Of a DNA stretch of 53,974 nt, positions 27,301 to 37,193 are shown piece after piece. Origin of the DNA: a virus (taxonomy: Duplodnaviria > Caudoviricetes); the IMG/VR virus record IMGVR_UViG_3300044648_000096, positions 1 through 53,974 of that record, one strand, 5' to 3'. The notes beneath the pieces are model-generated. The model did not search any database and was not told where the DNA came from. It worked only from the letters and a program-made list of their open reading frames with translations. How positions within the stretch are numbered: position 1 is the stretch's first letter; each line of letters starts with the position of its first letter. The translations under genes were made by a program, and so were the position numbers.

Positions 27301-28929
27301 CGTTCTTAATTCTAAAGGATTCTCTCTTGAAATTGAAGTGGCAACAGTTGTGTACTTGTTCAGGTTAACGCATGGACGAATTGTTGGTGCGCCAAAAAGA
27401 GTATAGTTGTTGTTACCAGCTGTACCTACAAAAACAGTCCCAAGCGGCTGTCCTGTTCCGTAAAAATTACCAGAACCAGTTGGATATTCCACGTAGTCAA
27501 CTCCAAATGCTCCGCCAGTAACCATGTACCTTGAATAAGGTTTGATTCCGTTTAAAGCCGGGGCTGCGCCAACACCCGGAGATTGATTCGCGTAAATGTA
27601 CCCATTTGAACATGATTGGTCATCGCCATGTACAATAAGCGGATATTCAAAGGCAGTAATACTTACTCCTGTTTTATCAAAAGTATATTCCTGACGCTCT
27701 ACTGTATTGCCTATTATGTTGTAGTTCTTGTTTGTGGTTATTGTTTTACATTTAAGAATACTCGCAGGGAACAGTGTAATGTCGTTTAATGTTAGAACAC
27801 CTGAGTTCTCATTACCGAAATGTTCAAGCGTCATTGACGTTCCCGTAATTGGGTATTGACCAACCTTTACTATTTGACGCGGCGTAGCATCATCCTGATC
27901 GAACTCAGCACACGCTAATTCTATGACATCAAAATTAGTGTCAATATTTGATACATTTAATTTAATAGACTTGTTACTTACTTGAGTAACCGTAGCTGTT
28001 CCATTACCAACGAAGTCATGGTAAGCATTACCCGTTATTATAGTATTGTCTCCGCCAATATGTATAGGATAAGAACCATACGACCATGAAGTAAAATATC
28101 CCGCCGATGTTGAACCTAAGCGTGTAAAATACACCTTGCTTCCGTAAACTTGCACCCCACTTCCGTATTCGTAAAAAACGGCACTACAATACGATCTTGT
28201 TGGTGTCCACCCAAGCAACTCATAAGGGTAATATTTAATCACCAAAGGAGTTCCCGCCGCAGTTGCAAATGTAGTTGTTGCATTAGCGGTAAATATGTTT
28301 GTCGCTGTTAATCCGCAACCGTAATTGACAGCATTATACGTAATAGCCCCCTGCAATACCATGTATTGCTGACCTGAGACTAAAGAGCCTGATGAAATAT
28401 AAGTTGTGAAAATAGGATTGTCTATATTGAACACTCTTGGCTCATTATAGAAATCTGTCCAATACACTTTCTTGTTCTGTTCCGCCTCATCATACCCAAA
28501 CCCTTCAATCTTGTATTGTCTTGAAAACAATAAGCTGTTATGGTGATAAAGCGGTGTATATCCAGTAGCGGTCAGAGCTTGCACTCCCTCGCCGTATTCT
28601 GCCCATTTTAATTCGCCAATTTCACCATACCCACCCGTAGTGTCATCTTTATTGGTAAAGAACACTATAAGGCGATCTGTGAAGGAAATAAAGCCTATTG
28701 GCATTGGTTCTACCTCAGTAGCGGCAATAGTAGCCGAATATCTTACAGGTAAAGTAAATGTCAAGCGATTGCCTAATACATCAGCAATGGTGTATGAATT
28801 ACCATCTTGGCTTACAAGCTGAAAGTTCTTCATATCCCTATAAGTCCCGTCCGGCTGCAATAAAAGGCTTGTATCCTTAAATAATCCGTTCTGAAATGTG
28901 TTAGTGAAATCTATATTACTCATAACCAA
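24391..28929 (-). CDS. Tail stabilization/muzzle protein (P22 gp10-like, crAss-type)
   Basis: 1512 aa. N-terminal NTFQNGLFKD, VYWTDFYNEPR, REWYRFGILFYD, YGNQHQHG; lies downstream of the ring and IHF genes. Confidence 0.8.
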   Translation of the reverse strand: MVMSNIDFTNTFQNGLFKDTSLLLQPDGTYRDMKNFQLVSQDGNSYTIADVLGNRLTFTLPVRYSATIAATEVEPMPIGFISFTDRLIVFFTNKDDTTGGYGEIGELKWAEYGEGVQALTATGYTPLYHHNSLLFSRQYKIEGFGYDEAEQNKKVYWTDFYNEPRVFNIDNPIFTTYISSGSLVSGQQYMVLQGAITYNAVNYGCGLTATNIFTANATTTFATAAGTPLVIKYYPYELLGWTPTRSYCSAVFYEYGSGVQVYGSKVYFTRLGSTSAGYFTSWSYGSYPIHIGGDNTIITGNAYHDFVGNGTATVTQVSNKSIKLNVSNIDTNFDVIELACAEFDQDDATPRQIVKVGQYPITGTSMTLEHFGNENSGVLTLNDITLFPASILKCKTITTNKNYNIIGNTVERQEYTFDKTGVSITAFEYPLIVHGDDQSCSNGYIYANQSPGVGAAPALNGIKPYSRYMVTGGAFGVDYVEYPTGSGNFYGTGQPLGTVFVGTAGNNNYTLFGAPTIRPCVNLNKYTTVATSISRENPLELRTAFWDYKDPLVSSTVRGYWSREWYRFGILFYDKKGNPFYVRHLGDYQIPNVSTKGGLMRGFNYAGTNMWCLNPSLIKASNITISEELANNVSGFSIVRAERDARIVSQGLVFQNVEDTALSPDNVRPSPTIADTFGASGLGFTTVPSSVLSYISPDHLSGFTPDTDIQVNQSIEEACWLDPVTWNPGGGATAMRSGNGVEDVYAKLFYPLAADAGSLRSVKISNFVSINENATVVGFPTTGDNYTNYNIIPHAISNADDTCSGGGGYTSLQGRGATGGKKIIINPASEFKHYGQFPAGYNYSYVGTFVDPLNARKIIMNVVTDKSTFYGGSTDQAIANTLYMSTGHFQPITSSVLTDTSCLELSLTTVVGVFAAGDSITGGTSGATATVRNVVGTKIYVTNVVGTFSVGETINDTTSGATAALSAKANVYQFNNVEIGGGDCYTTLVDYGYGLQNNASAIRYSLGLYFPCESNVNYNLRRGRKISNDRMGGANGVCYSPSRPEEYSYNPGYSAQGQNVKYPALPVAFPNIGKFKFRMRFAGLKYPGETEDSFRKFLTNDYKDVDGQLGEINNVRTKGDRIIYWQNHGIGTSPVLERQVISNTSGSATSLGTGGVIDNFTTLSEFYGNQHQHGLTETDGGWIWFDMRNKDVCIMDGGVQAITTAKGLKSFFNEIFVERGSQTYTINFLNDPTWARTSDMPLMGVGIVGVYDPKFEMSYLTFKFKNEVNTATLSILNKDFTIGYHHRLGKFIGFYDKYPAIWHRHGQIVLSANNPKNLTKYYGASMPSTDFVVGEVIGVASTEYIVTAAGNVPTYAATPSVLIFAPLNKTNEIYVENQESSYATTPPGYMYNKFYGRVVNNEVEVVVNPKTQTAFSPLNVIAKAVGSNITDVYYTGTTESSSDTNIKSWNQDYKYIDGAWTWSVALDRMKGRITDYYYKMKLVKKNYDTVPTTEAGRRTVIQWLRSILELKL

Positions 28930-29678
28930 TTATCAAGTGTACTGTGCATTCCTAAATATAATCCTTGTCCCGCAAAAGGGTCAGAAAGTTTTTCTACAAT
29001 CATTCTGCGCTCTGACTCAGAAGGTACAGCATCCGTAGCCCTAGCATCAGCGCATAACTGTTCCCATTCGCGTTTGTGTCGATCAACTATTCCAATATCA
29101 ATTCCGCTTTTAATTCTGTTGCGTTTGTATTTCCACATACAAAATTCACCGATAGCTTCTAAGTGATTTTCTCCAACATAAGGGATTCCGTCACAATCAG
29201 TTTCTACCCCCAAATATTGAATAGTCACTTTTTGACCATCATAGTTGTTTAAAAAAATGATTTTGTTATCCTGAACTTCATATCTTACAAATCCAAAATT
29301 GACGGTATTAGATGATGTTTCTGTCCCGCCCAAATCCACGATCAAAAATGAAGATAAATCGTATTGATTAGCGAATGTACTCCCTACCTCTGCATTAAAA
29401 CAAAGAAATCCACGCTCTAAAATATCAGTACAGCAATCTTTCACATCGCCGAGTATCGCCACCTGCAAATACTCACAGTCGCATGGTAAGTCGGCGGTAC
29501 AGCCATCAATGGTCAATACGTCAACTTTCTTTTTCTTAGCGTAATAAGAACCTATTTTTTTCTCCGCCAATATCGCCCAATTTACAAACATAGGCGTATG
29601 CTTATTGTGCTGCAATCCTAAGTCATCCATAAGATTGACAAGAACGTTTTTTACTGATACTAATTTATTCTGGCTCAT
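28920..29678 (-). CDS. Tail tubular/ring protein (crAss-type)
   Basis: 252 aa with VTIQYLG...DGIPYV...EAI..F..WK; synteny. Confidence 0.65.
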   Translation of the reverse strand: MSQNKLVSVKNVLVNLMDDLGLQHNKHTPMFVNWAILAEKKIGSYYAKKKKVDVLTIDGCTADLPCDCEYLQVAILGDVKDCCTDILERGFLCFNAEVGSTFANQYDLSSFLIVDLGGTETSSNTVNFGFVRYEVQDNKIIFLNNYDGQKVTIQYLGVETDCDGIPYVGENHLEAIGEFCMWKYKRNRIKSGIDIGIVDRHKREWEQLCADARATDAVPSESERRMIVEKLSDPFAGQGLYLGMHSTLDNWL

Positions 29679-29680
29679 AA

Positions 29681-29896
29681 TTAATTCTTGTGTACTACAA
29701 AATAAACAAATGCTGTTTTATATTCCGACCAAATGTTTCCAAACATAGGGTCGCCATTTGATAGCAAATATCGCGGGTGAACAAAATCAAATTGCTCTAC
29801 CTGACCAAAATCAATTCTTCTAGGAATACACCTATCATTCTTGTTCCCTATCTGAACCAAGTGGTGATTACAATTATTGTAAATTTCCTTACTCAT
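29681..29896 (-). CDS. Small hypothetical protein
   Basis: 71 aa, fits exactly between neighbours with 2-bp gaps. Confidence 0.55.
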   Translation of the reverse strand: MSKEIYNNCNHHLVQIGNKNDRCIPRRIDFGQVEQFDFVHPRYLLSNGDPMFGNIWSEYKTAFVYFVVHKN

Positions 29897-29898
29897 TT

Positions 29899-30357
29899 TT
29901 ATTTTTTACAGATTTTGTAATAAGTATCTGTTTCAATTAATGCTTTATGTACTCGCCGGGAAAAACTCTGAGCGGGTTTAAAGTAAATCTTTTTATCCCC
30001 CGCCAAACTGTTTTTATACTCAATACCATACTTCACATTTCCTCTCTTTCTATTGATATTATCAGCTTTCTTTAACTTCCCGTCCCTTGTTACATAAAGT
30101 CCTTTTTTTAATAACTCTAAACTCTTGCTTTCAAGTATCGGCTCACCTACTACTTGAATACTTGCGTGTTTACCAAGCTTCACCTCATTACCATCCAACA
30201 CTTCCTGAATCACACCATACTCAAGCCAATTTCCTACTATTTCATTTATGTCCTTTGTACTGATCGGCTTACCAAATTTCTTCTTAAACCGTTTCTTCAC
30301 CAAAGAAATAAATCTCTTTTTACTGAACTGATTGCGTGGTTTTTTCTTTAATGTCAT
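29899..30357 (-). CDS. IHF/HU-like DNA-binding protein (crAss-type)
   Basis: Basic; VLDGNEVKLGKHASIQV...IYFKPAQSFSR; in the conserved crAss position. Confidence 0.65.
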   Translation of the reverse strand: MTLKKKPRNQFSKKRFISLVKKRFKKKFGKPISTKDINEIVGNWLEYGVIQEVLDGNEVKLGKHASIQVVGEPILESKSLELLKKGLYVTRDGKLKKADNINRKRGNVKYGIEYKNSLAGDKKIYFKPAQSFSRRVHKALIETDTYYKICKK

Positions 30358-31174
30358 CTACGCTGTTATTTAAAATATCAGGTATTTCGGTTTGCTCAAT
30401 CTTAAATTCTTTAGTCAGAATCTCTAACACAATTTGCCTTGCCATATCTCCTGATACCGGGTATGCGCGGGTTTCTGTTATAGACTGAACCTGACTGTTC
30501 AAATACACTGTTCCGTTGCCTGTAAACGTTGTAAATCCAGCTACGCCAGTAAATGTGCTGTCGGGAGCATACAAGGTGCTGTTATAGTAAATCTGCTTGT
30601 ATTTAACCTTATATACAGTCCCCGCCGCAATCGTGGTTACAGGAGCGGAATTAATCAAATACCCATCTTCCGGGGAAGATAGTATAGCAATAATCCTTAG
30701 CTGTTCAACTTTTTTATTCACATACAACTCAGTGTTATTTCTGTGATAATACGCGAACTTTGATCTTACGTGTTCTTTAGGAATATCCTTCCAAATAGTT
30801 ATGGGGAACGGATAATATTTGGTCTTACCGCACAGTGACATAACGCCCCACAAACCAATGTCAGGGTTGCCGCCATATTCACCAAGCAAAGTAACTACAT
30901 TGGGAATAGTTGTTTTAGAAATGTCACAATCACAGTAACTAACGGTGATGTCATCAGCGAAATTTACCTTGTGAAAGTCTACAGCATCAAGATTAGATAG
31001 CCATGTATAATCAATGGCTTTTGTTTCGTTGAACTGATTAATGATTAGTTGCTCACGAATCTGGTCTATCTTAAAAGAAAGCCAGTCAGAATCGAGCCTT
31101 GCGTCATCAGTTAGTCCGAACCTTGACAAAACAATCTCAATGTCGTTTATAATTTTTTTCTTGGTGATAGCCAT
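30320..31174 (-). CDS. Tail ring/neck structural protein
   Basis: 284 aa; synteny, plus an Ig-like insert resembling that of 38892-39671. Confidence 0.6.
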   Translation of the reverse strand: MAITKKKIINDIEIVLSRFGLTDDARLDSDWLSFKIDQIREQLIINQFNETKAIDYTWLSNLDAVDFHKVNFADDITVSYCDCDISKTTIPNVVTLLGEYGGNPDIGLWGVMSLCGKTKYYPFPITIWKDIPKEHVRSKFAYYHRNNTELYVNKKVEQLRIIAILSSPEDGYLINSAPVTTIAAGTVYKVKYKQIYYNSTLYAPDSTFTGVAGFTTFTGNGTVYLNSQVQSITETRAYPVSGDMARQIVLEILTKEFKIEQTEIPDILNNSVDDIKEKTTQSVQ

Positions 31175-31303
31175 AATTGGTATAAATATAACTAATTATG
31201 GCTCTGAGATATTAGCGGATTATAAACAACAATCCCGCCGAAGCGGGACTGATGAAAATAAAAAATATGAAAGAAATACCCCAAAGAGGTACGTCAAATA
31301 TAG

Positions 31304-31744
31304 TTACAATATAACCACTACAATCACAACTATTATTAACAATTCAATTAAAATTGCTGACAATTCCCATGCAGCTATTTTCTTCCAAAGACCTATTTTT
31401 TTTTCAGCCCCAGCGTATTTTACAGAACATTCCTCCACCCCTTCCCTATACAAAACGATTTCTGTATTAAAGTTACTCATTTTAAGACTATCAAGCAATA
31501 TTCGCTGACCCTGTACGCCCACCTGATAAGCCAAAGTCTTGACCTGCTTTTTGTATAAAGCTGTATCAGCTTGTAGACCGTTAGCCACAACATTTCGTTT
31601 CAATAAAAAATCTATTTGCTTATTTTTTAGACAAGTGACCGAATCACTTAATACCTGCGCTTGTCCAAAGCGAGTCAAGGTAACGCTGGCGAGAAATAGC
31701 AGTAAGCTCAGTGATCTCTTTAATTTTTTTACCTGTTTTATCAT
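31304..31744 (-). CDS. Spanin-like membrane protein
   Basis: N-terminal signal, coiled coil and C-terminal TM; overlaps the upstream gene in the lysis cluster. Confidence 0.5.
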   Translation of the reverse strand: MIKQVKKLKRSLSLLLFLASVTLTRFGQAQVLSDSVTCLKNKQIDFLLKRNVVANGLQADTALYKKQVKTLAYQVGVQGQRILLDSLKMSNFNTEIVLYREGVEECSVKYAGAEKKIGLWKKIAAWELSAILIELLIIVVIVVVIL

Positions 31745-31997
31745 GGTTTTTTGCTTGTAATATCATTAGGTTTTCTATGACAATCCCCGCCGAATCCAGT
31801 TTAGCCTTATACGCTTTATTTAAAGCTGAAATGCTGTCGTTTGACTTATGTAGCTGTAACACTTCTTCGGTGTCCACAAATGGCTCTATGACGATCTCAG
31901 GCTTAAAAATAAGCCCATGAATGCAAAACCCTACCCATAAAAAACAAACGGCGGTAATGATTATTACTGCCCAGTCCCCTTTACTTAACTTCTTCAT
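31644..31997 (-). CDS. Spanin-like inner membrane protein
   Basis: N-terminal TM followed by a coiled coil. Confidence 0.5.
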   Translation of the reverse strand: MKKLSKGDWAVIIITAVCFLWVGFCIHGLIFKPEIVIEPFVDTEEVLQLHKSNDSISALNKAYKAKLDSAGIVIENLMILQAKNHDKTGKKIKEITELTAISRQRYLDSLWTSAGIK

Positions 31998-32211
31998 TGT
32001 TTACTTCTTCAAAATAAAAACAGGCCAAACTAGCATCTATAACCGCGCCCAATATGGCAACATACAAAGCATAGGTCGCGTTGGTTCCGTACCATGTAGT
32101 ACCAACAATAACAGACATAATGCCCTTAAAAATTGATTGTAATTTGACAACCTCTGCTTGGCTATCAGCGAATAGATTGAATATTGAAAAGTGAACTTTA
32201 TACTTTTTCAT
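31981..32211 (-). CDS. Putative holin
   Basis: 76 aa with two hydrophobic segments, directly after the lysin. Confidence 0.5.
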   Translation of the reverse strand: MKKYKVHFSIFNLFADSQAEVVKLQSIFKGIMSVIVGTTWYGTNATYALYVAILGAVIDASLACFYFEEVNNEEVK

Positions 32212-32840
32212 GCTAAATCTTTTTCTAAAATTAATGTATATGTAAATCGGTTCCCTGTTACGTTTTTAAAATGCTCACAAATAGAAATTAATTCTTCCTT
32301 ATCCTTCCAATTCTGAAACACCTGACAGCCCGCCGACCAACTACCAATTTTTTCTGTTTTAGTAAGCTTGTTCGCTCCATGAATATTAATCCCAAATAAC
32401 CCGGAATCTTCTGTTCCTGAATTACCAGCAATGCCGTCCAAATCCTTATCTCTTATTACCGTAACCTTTCCGACTTGAACTAACGCCTTGTGATCTGCTT
32501 TACTTTGATGTAAGCTAGAAGCATAAGCATTTACATACTGTCCCGGCTTAAGCACCGCGCACCCTTTAGAGTTTAGCAATTTTTTCTGATACGTTAATCC
32601 CGGCTCTGTTGTAATCGTATATGTTTTAAGAACTTCTTTTCCACACTCGTTATAAACCAAACACAAAAGATCATTGAACACATCTGCTACATACAGATTG
32701 GTTCTAATACCAATAATGTTCGGCCTATCATTGTACCAAACATACCCTTTTTTTGATAAAGTTGTCTTTAATGTGTTTATTGTTAACTGCATAACTCCTT
32801 TTAATTCCTGAAATAAATATTGATGCCTCCTACTTGTCAA
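32208..32840 (-). CDS. Putative endolysin (L,D-transpeptidase-like His/Cys fold; start likely MQLTIN at 32792)
   Basis: GINIHG...IGSWSAGCQV, TTEPG, FTYTL. Confidence 0.7.
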   Translation of the reverse strand: MTSRRHQYLFQELKGVMQLTINTLKTTLSKKGYVWYNDRPNIIGIRTNLYVADVFNDLLCLVYNECGKEVLKTYTITTEPGLTYQKKLLNSKGCAVLKPGQYVNAYASSLHQSKADHKALVQVGKVTVIRDKDLDGIAGNSGTEDSGLFGINIHGANKLTKTEKIGSWSAGCQVFQNWKDKEELISICEHFKNVTGNRFTYTLILEKDLA

Positions 32841-33139
32841 TCTTCTTTCTCAAACTTTATTCTTGTTTCCTTTGATAAAATAGCAACCTTTTCCCTTATG
32901 TTAAAGATTAACTCAGTGTTCTTTTTTTGATTAACCCTCAAATCCGCGATCTGAAACTCATACTGGTCAACTTGTTTAACCTGAGAATTCACAAAAGAGT
33001 CTATCTTATCATTAAGCCGCTCGATTTTAGAAACTATACCCGCGTACAGAATTACCGCGGCAGCAGTAACGGATATTGCCCCTCCGCCAATTTTAATCAC
33101 ATCCTTAGTCTCCCACTTTATGTCCGAAAACTTAGTCAT
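32837..33139 (-). CDS. Membrane protein with coiled coil (holin/antiholin-like)
   Basis: One TM segment plus a heptad region. Confidence 0.55.
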   Translation of the reverse strand: MTKFSDIKWETKDVIKIGGGAISVTAAAVILYAGIVSKIERLNDKIDSFVNSQVKQVDQYEFQIADLRVNQKKNTELIFNIREKVAILSKETRIKFEKED

Positions 33140-33149
33140 AAATTATTAA

Positions 33150-33758
33150 TTATATGGCAACCTCTTTCCAAACAAATTCACCAAAGAAACCTGTTGCGCC
33201 AGAAGCGGTAGACGTTTGAAACGAAATAGCTGTTCCCGGAGCAATTATTATTGACCCGTCAAAAAACCTTCCTAACGGTTCGCGGCTTGGTGTTGTGGTG
33301 ATCGCACCAGTAAGCCCTACTCCTAATGTAGCAATAGCTACGGGAGCGGCTGGTAATGTTGCGGCTAATAAAGCTTGAATATTATTTCCCGCCGCTTTAC
33401 CAAGAAAACCATTCCTGTGAGCAGTAGTTAGCGTTCCTGTAACGGCAGCAGCTACTACGTTAGTATTTGCACCTAGCCAAATAACAGAAGCAGCAGCAAA
33501 CGCCACGGTTTGTACACATCCGGCATAAATCAGAACGCCATTCACCCCGCTACCTGCGGGATTGTATAAAGTTAACGCTGGTTCGGTTGCCGAAAGACCA
33601 GCCTGCGTAGTGATACCTGTTTGGTTAGCCACAGAATAAACACTTCCGTCAAGAACTAAATTTTCATATTTAGTTTCTGACATAGAAACAAGAACGTTAC
33701 CTTCTGCATCGAGAGCAACTTTCTTTACTGTGCCGTTATATAAACCTTCAATTTCCAT
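33150..33758 (-). CDS. Putative structural protein
   Basis: Ala/Gly/Thr-rich, 202 aa. Confidence 0.6.
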   Translation of the reverse strand: MEIEGLYNGTVKKVALDAEGNVLVSMSETKYENLVLDGSVYSVANQTGITTQAGLSATEPALTLYNPAGSGVNGVLIYAGCVQTVAFAAASVIWLGANTNVVAAAVTGTLTTAHRNGFLGKAAGNNIQALLAATLPAAPVAIATLGVGLTGAITTTPSREPLGRFFDGSIIIAPGTAISFQTSTASGATGFFGEFVWKEVAI

Positions 33759-34134
33759 AGTTGTATTTTAAATATATGTTCAAATTTTCAATTAAATCCT
33801 TATTATTAATCTTCACGCCCTGATCTACAATTTCAAAAGTAAGCTGTGCAATTAAATGTTTCAAAAAAAGTATTTCTTTTGTATTAACATTTATACTATT
33901 CGCCAAGCTCAACAATATGTCGCCAAGCTCTACATTAGAATACGGGTCGCCCTCAATGTTCTCAAATAACGGGGTTATGCTACTACCCAAAAGGCCATTT
34001 ACATTCGTTAGCCTTGTCTTAAACTCCGTAGTGCCGCGCAAAATCGTTAGCACATCTTCAAGAGTTAATTCATTTGGAGCTATGTTTTGACCTTCTGCCA
34101 TTAATGTGAAATACAATTCCTTAACTGTAAACAA
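33748..34134 (-). CDS. Hypothetical late protein
   Basis: 128-aa ORF; true start may be internal (MAEGQ). Confidence 0.55.
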   Translation of the reverse strand: MFTVKELYFTLMAEGQNIAPNELTLEDVLTILRGTTEFKTRLTNVNGLLGSSITPLFENIEGDPYSNVELGDILLSLANSINVNTKEILFLKHLIAQLTFEIVDQGVKINNKDLIENLNIYLKYNYGN

Positions 34135-34640
34135 CTCAAATAGCCATAACCCTGAATCACATCCATAAAATCACTTACACCAGCGTTAGTTGATGCAAAA
34201 TACCAGTAAAAGTGTAAATAATAATTTTGATAAACAGCATCAGATTTCCAAACTCTCGATTTCGGAAACTTACCATAGTGAACGGTTAAATCAATATTGT
34301 ATCCAGAATTAGGAATAATCACCTTATTCAAGGGATTTGTTATATCTAGGCTTTCTGTTGGAGATAAAAGAATACCAGACGTTACTTGACAAACATAATT
34401 TAAGTTTTGCCTACATTGTCCATCGCCAGTTACAATCAAAACATCATCAATTGCTATATAAGGTATTTGTGTTCTATAAACTGTTTTATAATTATATGAC
34501 ACGCCAGTAGTTATTTGAATAGTCGAAACTAATTCGGAAGAAGTATTATGATATAGAGCGTCCATATTAGATGAAAAAAATGTACTAATTAAACTATTGT
34601 CACCATTAACATACATACTTAAGCTGATAACCTTAACCAA
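34101..34640 (-). CDS. Hypothetical protein (AT-rich, possible tail accessory)
   Basis: ORF in the tail gene cluster; start uncertain. Confidence 0.55.
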   Translation of the reverse strand: MVKVISLSMYVNGDNSLISTFFSSNMDALYHNTSSELVSTIQITTGVSYNYKTVYRTQIPYIAIDDVLIVTGDGQCRQNLNYVCQVTSGILLSPTESLDITNPLNKVIIPNSGYNIDLTVHYGKFPKSRVWKSDAVYQNYYLHFYWYFASTNAGVSDFMDVIQGYGYLSCLQLRNCISH

Positions 34641-35248
34641 ATGGCTGGGTCAGCCCCGCCAAAAATATCACTATCTGTGAATGCTGGAAATGTAGACGGT
34701 AAAGCCCCATAGGCATTTGATACAGCTAAAAGTGTTCTTGCCGTTGCTCCAAGCGTACTTGGTTGCCCGAATACGTTTGGCAATGCCACCGCGTCTATTG
34801 CTCTAAATGTTGGAGCAGATGCGGCATTATGAACCCAAGCTAACCAATAAATACCCCTATTCAGAGTGGCGTTAATAGTGATAGACTGCACAGTTGCGCT
34901 ATCCCCATTAATTAATCCGGCATCAACAAGAAGGGTTCCGGGAACGTTATTCCCATTATCCCTGTATATTCCCAATCTAACCTTGCTTCCGGCGGTTCCG
35001 GCAACGGTGATTTCCATAGCTATTCTATCAGCAACACAATCTTTACCAACTATAAAAGGGACACCGTGAAGAAAATTTGACAATAAACTTCCGCGAGTTG
35101 TTAGCGCTGCGTTGTTTATGGCTTGAGAATACCAAGCGTTATAAGTGGTAGTTCCTGTCTTTCTATACAGAAACTCTCTTGCTTCTATGAGCGTATTTAC
35201 GTCATCCTCATCTAATTCGTGAGGTAAAACAACATATTGATTTGCCAT
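34619..35248 (-). CDS. Putative tail fibre/receptor-binding beta-sandwich protein
   Basis: VRLGIYRDNG..PGTLLVDAG...GIYWLA motif. Confidence 0.6.
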   Translation of the reverse strand: MANQYVVLPHELDEDDVNTLIEAREFLYRKTGTTTYNAWYSQAINNAALTTRGSLLSNFLHGVPFIVGKDCVADRIAMEITVAGTAGSKVRLGIYRDNGNNVPGTLLVDAGLINGDSATVQSITINATLNRGIYWLAWVHNAASAPTFRAIDAVALPNVFGQPSTLGATARTLLAVSNAYGALPSTFPAFTDSDIFGGADPAIWLRLSA

Positions 35249-35634
35249 TACTTCTTGAAAATTAAATCACATTTAATAGTTCCTGACGAAACAGTTCCTT
35301 TATTCCAGTGGGGTCTAACATATTTATTTGTGAGTTCTGAATAACTAATAACATTAGATGACGTTCCCGAATTAACTGTTATTGTCGCTAAAGGAATGTC
35401 TACAAAATTCACATTATCAGAAGATTCTTGAAGCTTTATAACGCCATCAGCGGTATCCAAACTGGTCGCGTCAAGTTGCAAACATACTTTAGTAAAGCCA
35501 GATGCGTCAGTCGCACTAATTGATGTTAGACTTGTTGCAGCAGATGTTCCGCTTGCAATTGGAGTTACTTTTTCAGTAAGAATATTTCCCCTATCAATTG
35601 CATGAACAATTCTGTTTAATTCATTAGTTGTCAT
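35248..35634 (-). CDS. Putative structural protein
   Basis: KLQESSDNVNFVDI...KYVR jelly-roll-like motif. Confidence 0.6.
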   Translation of the reverse strand: MTTNELNRIVHAIDRGNILTEKVTPIASGTSAATSLTSISATDASGFTKVCLQLDATSLDTADGVIKLQESSDNVNFVDIPLATITVNSGTSSNVISYSELTNKYVRPHWNKGTVSSGTIKCDLIFKK

Positions 35635-35645
35635 AATAAATGTTT

Positions 35646-36146
35646 TTAAATATAAACCTCAATAAAAATTTCAGTGTTAAGCAACAAATCGTCAACTGCA
35701 ACATTAAGTAGCACATCACTAGCGTCAGCAGTAGCTAAAAATGAATTTAAGTAAATTGAATTCGCATCATTGCGTCCCATGCTAAACTGTATCGTTGCTG
35801 GCTTATTACTTACCGCGTAAACTAAATCAGGAGCTTGGTAATTACTTGGATGATGAAAAAATACTTTGTTAGCAGTAAAAGCACCTGTTAAAGTACCTGT
35901 ATATGCCCCCGCCGAATCCCTTGTCCAAGCAATATCGCCTAGAGTGTTTTCCAGCACTCTGACAGTTGGATTATCAGTTGAAGATTGAGTTAAAAGACCC
36001 TTGTAAATCTTTTTGTAGGCCGTTACGCCCATCTGATTTAGCTGACCCAAAGGAACAACCTCATCTTTGTTTTCCGCGTTTAAAACCCCACCCAAACGTT
36101 TTGGTTCAGGTAGGATTTCAGCGCGATCATTTTTGCTCTTAATCAT
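35646..36146 (-). CDS. Putative structural protein
   Basis: YKGLLTQS...P...LENTLG.I.WTR..AG.Y...IEVY motif. Confidence 0.6.
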   Translation of the reverse strand: MIKSKNDRAEILPEPKRLGGVLNAENKDEVVPLGQLNQMGVTAYKKIYKGLLTQSSTDNPTVRVLENTLGDIAWTRDSAGAYTGTLTGAFTANKVFFHHPSNYQAPDLVYAVSNKPATIQFSMGRNDANSIYLNSFLATADASDVLLNVAVDDLLLNTEIFIEVYI

Positions 36147-36157
36147 TTGTGATTAGA

Positions 36158-37123
36158 TTATAGATTAGTACGATGTAAACGATAAGCAACTTGGCATCTT
36201 AAAACGCCAGCAGCAGTTCCCGGCTGAGTCCAAGCGGTAGACTTAAGGCTAATGCCTGTACCTACTGATAAAGGATTTCCGGCAGTTGTTAAAGGGTAAA
36301 CGGCAACGATTTTGTCACCAGCAGCACCAAGTAAGTTAGCAGCAGTTGTCGCTCCCGATAAGGTAGCTCCACCACCCGAAATACAAACTACAAGGTCATC
36401 AGCACCACCTGTATAGGCAGCAGTATCGAAATCATAGATTAATACAGCAGAAACAAATTCCATTGCATAAGCAGAAGATACCCCTGCGATTAGGGCTGCG
36501 CCGTTTGCGTGACCAAGATCACCAGCCGCAGTTCCTACAATTTCAGTAGCGGTTAGGGTAGTTTGCTCAGTGATAATTCCACTCGCGATGTTTAAAGTAC
36601 CTACACTTGTTTTCCAAGCAGTAGCACTAATTCCTCTGAAAATGATTGTCTCATTCGGAGCAACAACAACAGAAGCGTTTGCAGAGTTACCATCAATGGT
36701 AGCCCCCGTTTGACCAAACACAGCCATTGGTTTTGCAGCAGAGTTTTTTACAATTCTGATTGCTCCTAAAGCAGCAGTTGGTAATTGAGCAGAATCTAAC
36801 GCGGTAGCAACGGTTGTGAAATCGTTGAACTCAGAAGATAATGCTGTCCCGGCTTGTGCGCCACCAGCTAACGCTGTTAAAGAAGTGCGAGAGTAATAAC
36901 TATTCGCTGCGCCAAATGTAGCCCCGCCAGTTAGCGTAGACGCTCCCGTTGTGGTTAAAGTGTTGTTTATGACAACATCTTCAAACGTTCCGTCAAAACC
37001 ACCATCTGAAAGCTGTCTTTTGGTGACAACATCATCATCTTGTTCGCCCTCAGCGATATTTCCGATTTTACGGGCTTTAGTTCCCATTGGGACTAATTTT
37101 CCGTTTTTAATTCTAAAATTCAT
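36158..37123 (-). CDS. Putative structural/fibre protein
   Basis: 321 aa, Ala/Gly/Thr-rich. Confidence 0.65.
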   Translation of the reverse strand: MNFRIKNGKLVPMGTKARKIGNIAEGEQDDDVVTKRQLSDGGFDGTFEDVVINNTLTTTGASTLTGGATFGAANSYYSRTSLTALAGGAQAGTALSSEFNDFTTVATALDSAQLPTAALGAIRIVKNSAAKPMAVFGQTGATIDGNSANASVVVAPNETIIFRGISATAWKTSVGTLNIASGIITEQTTLTATEIVGTAAGDLGHANGAALIAGVSSAYAMEFVSAVLIYDFDTAAYTGGADDLVVCISGGGATLSGATTAANLLGAAGDKIVAVYPLTTAGNPLSVGTGISLKSTAWTQPGTAAGVLRCQVAYRLHRTNL

Positions 37124-37142
37124 AATTGAAAGTATTTATATA

Positions 37143-37176
37143 AAAAAGGGGAGGCTTTTAACCGTCCCCGTTTTTT
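37143..37176 (-). terminator. Intrinsic terminator-like hairpin
   Basis: AAAAAGGGGAGG...CCGTCCCCGTTTT downstream of 37194-38798. Confidence 0.5.
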
Positions 37177-37193
37177 ATTGGTTATTAATTTGA

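Noticed and set aside
29681-29896. 71-aa ORF as a third structural mini-paralogue
   Set aside because: Only 3-4 residue matches to MCP or portal; not supportable without a profile search.
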